Below are positions 26,600 through 32,000 of a stretch of DNA of 32,000 nucleotides, one piece after another. Position 1 is the stretch's first letter; each line of letters begins with the position of its first letter. The notes beneath the pieces are model-generated. The model was not told where the DNA came from, did no database searches, and was given only the letters and a program-made list of their open reading frames with translations. The stretch comes from Halotia branconii CENA392 (lineage in GTDB: Bacteria > Cyanobacteriota > Cyanobacteriia > Cyanobacteriales > Nostocaceae), in contig NZ_CP124543.1 of assembly GCF_029953635.1 (NCBI RefSeq), positions 5,828,367-5,860,366 of the forward strand, read 5' to 3'. The translations under genes were made by a program, and so were the position numbers.

Positions 26600-28561
26600 G
26601 TGGTAAATCAAATAGTTGAGCAATCAGTTTTAACATTTAATGGTCAAAAGGATTATATAGATTTTGGCAGAAATGATGTTGGTGGCGTTTTCGCTGAGGG
26701 AAGTTCGGCTTTTACCATTTCAGGATGGGTTAATCCTCATCAATTAACAAATCAAGCCACTACATACGGAACACGCAATGTATTTTTTGCGCGTTCTTCC
26801 GATCGATACAGCGATAATTTTGAATTTGGTATTAGTGAAGCAGGTAATTTAGATATTTACATTGATGAGACTGTTAGTAAATATGTCAAAACATTTGGTA
26901 ATCGAGAATTAACTATAGGACAATGGCACTTTTTTGCCATCATTTTCAATCAAGGCCAAGTAACTGTATATCTTGATGGTCATGAATACGGTGAATCTTT
27001 TACGGGTACTTCTTTAAATAAAGCAACAAGTTCTGTAACTTTGGGAGCGACTTTACATAATCACATATATTTTACAGGTCAATTAGCTCACATTAGCATC
27101 TGGAATTATCCTTGTACCCAAGAACAAATACAGAATCAACGTTCTGGGTTAATAGTCGGTGATGAACCAGGATTAATAGCTTACTGGAAATTAGATGAAG
27201 GCGAAGGAAAAACCGTCAAAAGCCAAACTAGTAACTCTTATCAAGGGACTGTGCGTGGTAATCCAAGTTGGGATTTAACACAAATTCCATTTGTAGAACA
27301 ATCATCTAATGAAGGTGAAATTATCAGTGAAACTGCAACTAATTTTCAGGAAGATGTCGCATTTTTAACGACGACAACTGTATTAGCTAACGAAGAATCC
27401 GAGACTATCCCCAAAGAGGAAACTAAAACAGACCAAACTAAAGTTCCTATTAATACCCAATTAGCACAAACATTAATTCAGGAGGAATCCTCAGAAACTA
27501 TGAACAATACATCTCAACCTAAATATAAAATACTGGCGATTGATGGAGGTGGTATTAGAGGTATTATTCCTGCACTCCTCTTAGCAGAAATTGAAAGACG
27601 GACACAAAAGCCTATATCTAGTTTATTTGATTTAATTGCGGGTACTTCTAGTGGCGGAATTTTGGCGTTGGGATTAACTAAACCCCGATTAAATACAGAG
27701 GTTTCTGATAATTTATCACCCGCTGAATATACAGCTGAGGATCTCTTCCAACTATTTCTTGAGTATGGCGCAGAAATATTCTATGAACCACTGTTTGAAA
27801 AAATACTTGGCCCCCTGGAAGATTTCTTTTTACCAAAATATTCTTCTGAGAGTCGAGAAGAAATTTTAAAACAATATTTTGGTAATAGCCCTCTAGAAAA
27901 TAATCTTAAAGAAGTTTTTGTCACTAGTTACGATATAGAACACCGCATTCCGATATTGTTTACTAACAAATCAGCAAAGCAAAATATTGAATCCAAAAAT
28001 TTCCGCAATTTTTGTGGAGGTTTTTCACTTTTAGATGCAGCCTTAGCCACCAGTGCTACTCCCACTTATTTTGCTCCCCATCGTATTGTCAATGCCCACA
28101 ATAATGATAGCGTATATACTTTAATTGATGGTGGAGTTATTGCTAATAATCCAGCACATTTGGCTATTTTAGAAGCACAAATTAGTAATAGACAACAAGC
28201 AAATAGAGTTATCAATACAGAAGATATTGTAATAGTTTCTTTAGGTACAGGTTCGCTCACAAGTGCATTTCATTACAGCAAAGTTAAAAATTGGGGACTT
28301 TTACAATGGGGAAGACCACTTTTAAATATTGTGTTTGATGGCGGTAGTGAAGTGGTAGCTGGAGAATTAGAACGCTTGTTTGCACCTAATAATGAAGAAA
28401 AAAGTTCTTATTATCGGTTTCAAACATTCTTAGATGGGGATTTAGAAGAATTAGATAATACTAAATTAAATAATACCCGTCAGTTACAAGCTACAGCCCA
28501 TCGGATGATTGCTGAAAATGGTCAAAAAATCGATGAGTTGTGTAGTGTTTTGTTAAGCTAA
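26600..28561 (+). CDS. LamG/concanavalin-like domain fused to a patatin-like phospholipase
   Basis: 653-aa ORF with a GTG start; GGAGA lies 10 nt upstream and an in-frame TGA sits at 26576. The N-terminus (~aa 10-225, nt 26627-27274) has LamG-like jelly-roll hallmarks: FTISGWVNP, WHFFAIIFNQGQVTVYLDG, AHISIWNY and LIAYWKLDEGEG. A Thr/Glu/Ser-rich linker covers ~27288-27523. The patatin domain (~27524-28459) carries DGGGIRG (27542-27562), GTSSG (27641-27655, Ser350) and DGG (28127-28135, Asp510). I see no signal peptide or TM segment. Confidence 0.85.
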   Translation: MVNQIVEQSVLTFNGQKDYIDFGRNDVGGVFAEGSSAFTISGWVNPHQLTNQATTYGTRNVFFARSSDRYSDNFEFGISEAGNLDIYIDETVSKYVKTFGNRELTIGQWHFFAIIFNQGQVTVYLDGHEYGESFTGTSLNKATSSVTLGATLHNHIYFTGQLAHISIWNYPCTQEQIQNQRSGLIVGDEPGLIAYWKLDEGEGKTVKSQTSNSYQGTVRGNPSWDLTQIPFVEQSSNEGEIISETATNFQEDVAFLTTTTVLANEESETIPKEETKTDQTKVPINTQLAQTLIQEESSETMNNTSQPKYKILAIDGGGIRGIIPALLLAEIERRTQKPISSLFDLIAGTSSGGILALGLTKPRLNTEVSDNLSPAEYTAEDLFQLFLEYGAEIFYEPLFEKILGPLEDFFLPKYSSESREEILKQYFGNSPLENNLKEVFVTSYDIEHRIPILFTNKSAKQNIESKNFRNFCGGFSLLDAALATSATPTYFAPHRIVNAHNNDSVYTLIDGGVIANNPAHLAILEAQISNRQQANRVINTEDIVIVSLGTGSLTSAFHYSKVKNWGLLQWGRPLLNIVFDGGSEVVAGELERLFAPNNEEKSSYYRFQTFLDGDLEELDNTKLNNTRQLQATAHRMIAENGQKIDELCSVLLS

Positions 28562-28650
28562 ATCCAATTTATTAAATTTAAGGGAGGGTAAGATGCTCAA
28601 TCCATAAAACTTTAATTAAAGTTAAAATTTGCAAAGAATATGTGTTTGAG

Positions 28651-28691
28651 CTTATCTGTCTCAATTGATTTGCTTAACTGTCTTATCTGTC
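28651..28691 (+). promoter_or_regulatory. Three CTTA(A/T)CTGTC motifs downstream of the patatin gene
   Basis: CTTATCTGTC is at 28651-28660, CTTAACTGTC at 28673-28682 and TTATCTGTC at 28683-28691. Confidence 0.4.
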
Positions 28692-28980
28692 CTTGTATGT
28701 TGGCCAAACTAATAAGAAAATATATGACTGTAAAAAGTGCCACAACACACTTCAAGATTCAGGTATTAGCTATTAAAGTAAAAATCAATGGATCTTGATA
28801 ATATAGCTCAGATTTCCAAACGAGCGAGATTTATAAATCATTCAATTACATTAGTTTCAACAGCCTATTTTCTGTTGTAATGTCACTGCGATCGCGTATG
28901 CATTGACTGCATTGGGATATTGTGGATGAGATTTTCTACATCACCCAGCTACCGATCGCATCGGTTTTAAATTATGGCAA

Positions 28981-29017
28981 TAACTGTCTTAACTGTCTTC
29001 TTAACTGTCTTAACTGC
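28981..29017 (+). promoter_or_regulatory. Array of four TTAACTGTC-type motifs next to a candidate promoter of the FAAL-KR gene
   Basis: TAACTGTC is at 28981-28988, TTAACTGTC at 28989-28997 and 29001-29009, and TTAACTGC at 29010-29017. The array ends 12 nt before a TTGACA hexamer and lies 136-172 nt upstream of ATG 29153. Confidence 0.5.
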
Positions 29018-29029
29018 TATTGCATTTTA

Positions 29030-29057
29030 TTGACAAAACTAAGATTATTTATCTAAT
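29030..29057 (+). promoter_or_regulatory. Candidate sigma70-type promoter (TTGACA, 16-nt spacer, TCTAAT)
   Basis: TTGACA is at 29030-29035 and TCTAAT at 29052-29057, which matches TATAAT at 5 of 6 positions. The elements lie ~95 nt upstream of the start codon. This rests on sequence match only. Confidence 0.35.
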
Positions 29058-29152
29058 GGATAATTGTAGACAAATAACAAATTATATTTATATTTTTTAA
29101 TTAAAATTAATTGAAGATTATTAACATTGGAGAACTAAGGATGTAAAACCTA

Positions 29153-32000
29153 ATGCAATTAGATAATCATAAACAGGTTTTAAAAGTTTTAAATAATAAA
29201 ATTTTTACATACGAAGAAATAGAATTTGCTATTAGGTCGAGTTTGACTGTAGATGATTGTGTAGTATTAAATAGGCAAACAAAAAATTTAAAATGTGAGT
29301 TAATAGCTTATGTAGTTCCATTAGGCTTGTTTGCTATTGAACAATTGTTGTCTCACTTGCAAAAAGTTTTACCTAGCGAATTGATACCCGTAGCATTTAT
29401 ACCAGTTTCAAGTATACCTATTACTGATACAGTACAGTTAGATGAAGCAACTTTAGTTAGCTTAGAAGTTATTGATACTGATTTAATAACTCGCCTAGAA
29501 AAACAATTGTACTTGTTGCCAGAAATTGATAGTTTTGCAGTAGTTACTGAACCAGTGGTTATAAAGATTCCTCCTGTGCATTTGGAGGATTTACTGGACG
29601 ATCATCAAGTATTCACAAATGAAAATAGCCAGCAAAATTTATCATCAATCAAACCTATTCAAAATATAGAAAACCAGAATTTATCCTATATCAACAAACT
29701 AGCCATTAGCCACGGAGAACCGCTACAATATTCCCCCGATGCTCCTAAAACTTTAGCAAAATTACTCGAAAAAACCGCTAAAAATACAAATAAAGGTATC
29801 ATATATATTCAACATCATGACAGTGAGAAAATTCAGTCTTATCAAGAATTATGGCAGGATGCCCAACGAATTTTAGCTGGCTTGAGAAAGTTAGGACTCA
29901 AACCACAAGATAAAATAATTTTTCAACTAGAAGACAATCAAGATTTCCTATGTGCGTTTTGGGGTTGCGTGATTGGTGGCTTTGTTCCCGTTGCCATATC
30001 TGTAGCTAAAACCTACGAACAACTTAACACTATTACCAGCAAACTTCAGAATACTTGGCAGATATTGGGGAAACCCCTGGTACTAACTAGCGATCTTTTA
30101 GCACCCAAAATTGCTAATTTAGCAACGTTGTTAAATTTAGAAAACTTGCAACTAGCGACTATCGAACAGTTGTATGAGTGCGAAGCGGATGAAAACTTGC
30201 ATCAGAGTCAACCAGAAGATTTAGCGATTTTGTTTTTAACTTCTGGCAGTACTGGTATACCCAAGTGTGTGATGTTGAATCATCACAACTTGTTGAGTAT
30301 GACAAATGGCTTTGTAGTCATGGGTAATTTTTCCCATCAAGACAGTGTTTTAAACTGGATGCCTTTGGATCATGTTGGCGCGCTAGTCTCTCTCAGCATT
30401 TTGGCTGTTAATTTGGGTTGCCAACAAATTCATGTGCCTACTAATTTGATTGTAGAGAATCCCCTCAAGTGGTTAGATTTGATTGATAATCATCAAGCTA
30501 CAATTAGTTGGACACCTAATTTTGCCTTTTCTTTAATCTGCGATCGCGCCAGTGAAATTCAGCAAAAGCACTGGAATTTATCGTCGATGCGTTTTATCAT
30601 CAACGCTGGCGAACCCATTGTTACTAAAGTAGCTAGAAGTTTTTTAAAGTTGCTTCGTCCATACAGTTTACCAACCACCGCGATTCATCCAGCCTTTGGG
30701 ATGTGCGAAACTGGTTCTGGTATTACCTACTCTAATAGTTTTTCTCTCGAATCTACATCAGATGACGTTTCATTTGTCGAATTGGGTTTGCCAATTGCGG
30801 CTGCTTCAGTGCGGATTGTTGACGAACATGAACAAATAGTGACAGAAGGCACTATTGGACGATTACAAGTAAAAGGTGCATCTGTTACTACTGGTTACTA
30901 TCAAAATCCCCAAGCGAACCAAGAAGCTTTTACCGTTGATGGTTGGTTTAATACAGGTGATTTAGGATTTTTGCAAGAAGGGCGTTTAACTATTACGGGA
31001 AGAATCAAAGATGTCATTATTATTAATGGCTTAAACTACTATTGCCATGAAATCGAAGCTGCTATTGAGGAACTAGAAGCCGTAGAAGTTTCATATACAG
31101 CCGCTTGTGCAGTCAGACAACCAGGAAGCAATACCGATAAATTAGCGATATTTTTCCATACTTCTGTTAGTGGCGATCGCATCATAAATCTCCTCAAAGA
31201 AATTCGCGCCAAAGTTGTTAACAAAGTAGGCGTAAACCCAGATTATTTAATTCCCGTAGATAAAGAAATTATTCCGAAAACTGCCATTGGAAAAATTCAG
31301 CGATCGCAACTCAGCCAACGGTTTAAAAATAGTGAATTTCAATCAATTATTAAACAGATTGATATCTTGTTTGGTAACACCAATACTACTATTCCTGACT
31401 GGTTCTATAAAAAAGTCTGGCGACAAAAGCCAGCCAATATTTTGCAACCCTTACCTCAAGATGGTCTGACTGTAGTATTCCTCGACAAGCTAGGATTAGG
31501 TGAATTTATTTGTCAGCAATTACAACAGCAAAACCTACCATATACTTGTGTTTCACCCGGTTACGATTTTACTCAAATCAGTCATCATCACTTTTTTTTA
31601 AACCCTGGTAACGCTGAACATTATCAAAGATTTTTTAAAGCAATAACATCAACCAAACTAAAAATTAGCCAGATTATCCATTTCTGGAATTATCAAGAAT
31701 ATAGCGGAGAAATTAATAATCTAGCAGCTTTAGAAAAAGCTCAAGAGTACGGAATTTATAGTTTATTATTTATTGTTCAAGCCTTAGAAAAAGTTCGGAA
31801 TGAACAACATTTCATTCAATTACTGTTTGTTTCTAACTATACGCAGTCTACGCAACTCACAGACAAAATAGCTTATGAAAAATCTCCTGTTCTCGGTGTC
31901 CTAAAAACTATTCCCCACGAAATCTCCTGGTTAAATTGTCGCCACATCGATTTGCAACTAAATTTAATTGAGGTCAACGGCAATCATATTCTACAAGAAC
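29153..32000 (+). CDS. Hybrid loading protein, C-terminal part beyond the window edge: degenerate A-subdomain-like N-terminus, FAAL-type adenylation domain, start of a PKS KR region
   Basis: The frame is open from ATG 29153, the first start after an in-frame TAA at 29144, to the window end; it is not in the track because it is truncated. aa ~20-105 resemble the A8-A10 part of an A domain (ELIAYVVP...LPSELIPVAFIPVSSIPIT) but lack the A10 Lys. The FAAL-like core (~29696-31358) has LTSGSTGIPKCV, NWMPLDHVGAL, FGMCETGSG, GWFNTGDLGF and GRIKDVIIINGLNYYCHEIE. From ~31394, PDWFYKKVWRQKP...TVVFLDKLGLGEFICQQL...IIHFWNY...SLLFIVQAL matches the pattern that precedes and begins PKS KR structural subdomains. 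Confidence 0.85.
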   Translation, partial: MQLDNHKQVLKVLNNKIFTYEEIEFAIRSSLTVDDCVVLNRQTKNLKCELIAYVVPLGLFAIEQLLSHLQKVLPSELIPVAFIPVSSIPITDTVQLDEATLVSLEVIDTDLITRLEKQLYLLPEIDSFAVVTEPVVIKIPPVHLEDLLDDHQVFTNENSQQNLSSIKPIQNIENQNLSYINKLAISHGEPLQYSPDAPKTLAKLLEKTAKNTNKGIIYIQHHDSEKIQSYQELWQDAQRILAGLRKLGLKPQDKIIFQLEDNQDFLCAFWGCVIGGFVPVAISVAKTYEQLNTITSKLQNTWQILGKPLVLTSDLLAPKIANLATLLNLENLQLATIEQLYECEADENLHQSQPEDLAILFLTSGSTGIPKCVMLNHHNLLSMTNGFVVMGNFSHQDSVLNWMPLDHVGALVSLSILAVNLGCQQIHVPTNLIVENPLKWLDLIDNHQATISWTPNFAFSLICDRASEIQQKHWNLSSMRFIINAGEPIVTKVARSFLKLLRPYSLPTTAIHPAFGMCETGSGITYSNSFSLESTSDDVSFVELGLPIAAASVRIVDEHEQIVTEGTIGRLQVKGASVTTGYYQNPQANQEAFTVDGWFNTGDLGFLQEGRLTITGRIKDVIIINGLNYYCHEIEAAIEELEAVEVSYTAACAVRQPGSNTDKLAIFFHTSVSGDRIINLLKEIRAKVVNKVGVNPDYLIPVDKEIIPKTAIGKIQRSQLSQRFKNSEFQSIIKQIDILFGNTNTTIPDWFYKKVWRQKPANILQPLPQDGLTVVFLDKLGLGEFICQQLQQQNLPYTCVSPGYDFTQISHHHFFLNPGNAEHYQRFFKAITSTKLKISQIIHFWNYQEYSGEINNLAALEKAQEYGIYSLLFIVQALEKVRNEQHFIQLLFVSNYTQSTQLTDKIAYEKSPVLGVLKTIPHEISWLNCRHIDLQLNLIEVNGNHILQE

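Noticed and set aside
28066-28260. 64-aa minus-strand ORF inside the patatin domain, and ORFs 31039-31224 (minus) and 31287-31469 (plus) inside the FAAL-KR gene
   Set aside because: They are antisense to or out of frame with coding sequence that carries catalytic motifs, and nothing supports them independently.
26600-28561. Patatin protein considered as a CBASS-type (CapV-like) anti-phage effector
   Set aside because: No cyclase/nucleotidyltransferase, no sensor and no other defence-type partner gene is adjacent. Both neighbours are biosynthetic megasynthase genes. This cannot be excluded, but nothing in the window supports it.
28608-28623. 16-nt perfect palindrome AACTTTAATTAAAGTT after the patatin stop considered as a terminator
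   Set aside because: The stem is pure A/T with essentially no loop, so it would be very unstable, and no U tract follows.
28724-28885. Two tiny ORFs in the patatin/FAAL intergenic region (24 aa from ATG 28724, 31 aa from ATG 28789)
   Set aside because: Neither has a recognisable RBS or a recognisable peptide motif (no leader or core-like pattern), and both sit in AT-rich DNA. That is not enough to call a gene.
26050-29017. TTAACTGTC arrays considered as a CRISPR array or a degenerate one
   Set aside because: The units are only 9-10 nt long. They are adjacent or irregularly spaced, with no spacers of uniform length, and no cas genes are present.
1-32000. Search for a thioesterase, MbtH-like protein, transporter, regulator, transposase or integrase that would delimit the cluster or explain the repeats
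   Set aside because: None is visible in any frame. The cluster boundaries, and any autonomous element that might mobilise the small repeats, must lie outside this window.

Overview
This window is almost entirely a cyanobacterial natural-product locus. GCGATCGC (HIP1) palindromes are frequent, and tandem heptamers plus small dispersed repeats suggest Nostocales. A five-gene collinear assembly line on the minus strand spans 25837 to 1. In order it encodes an acyl-AMP ligase, a free ACP and a trimodular NRPS whose A-domain codes I read by hand as Thr, Leu and Phe. A KS-AT-MT-ACP PKS with no reductive domains follows, and then a second NRPS that runs off the left edge. That second NRPS reads dock-C-A(Pro)-T-C-A(Gln)-T-E-C. 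The predicted product begins acyl-Thr-Leu-Phe-(methylated beta-keto C2 unit)-Pro-D-Gln, and I cannot match it to a known compound from memory. On the plus strand a lone gene encodes an unusual LamG-like/patatin phospholipase fusion (26600..28561). After it a second biosynthetic gene starts at 29153 and runs off the right edge, with a degenerate A-subdomain-like N-terminus, a FAAL-type adenylation domain and the start of a PKS KR region. Two signals are not explained by the genes. First, arrays of a TTAACTGTC motif lie upstream of both biosynthetic operons in the same relative orientation and bracket the patatin gene as inverted arrays. Second, the megasynthase genes carry at least 13 in-frame insertions of very small repeat elements. 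These include a 24-nt element at the identical codon position in all five A domains, three copies of which carry different nested secondary insertions. No rRNA, tRNA, CRISPR array, transposase or thioesterase is visible in this window.
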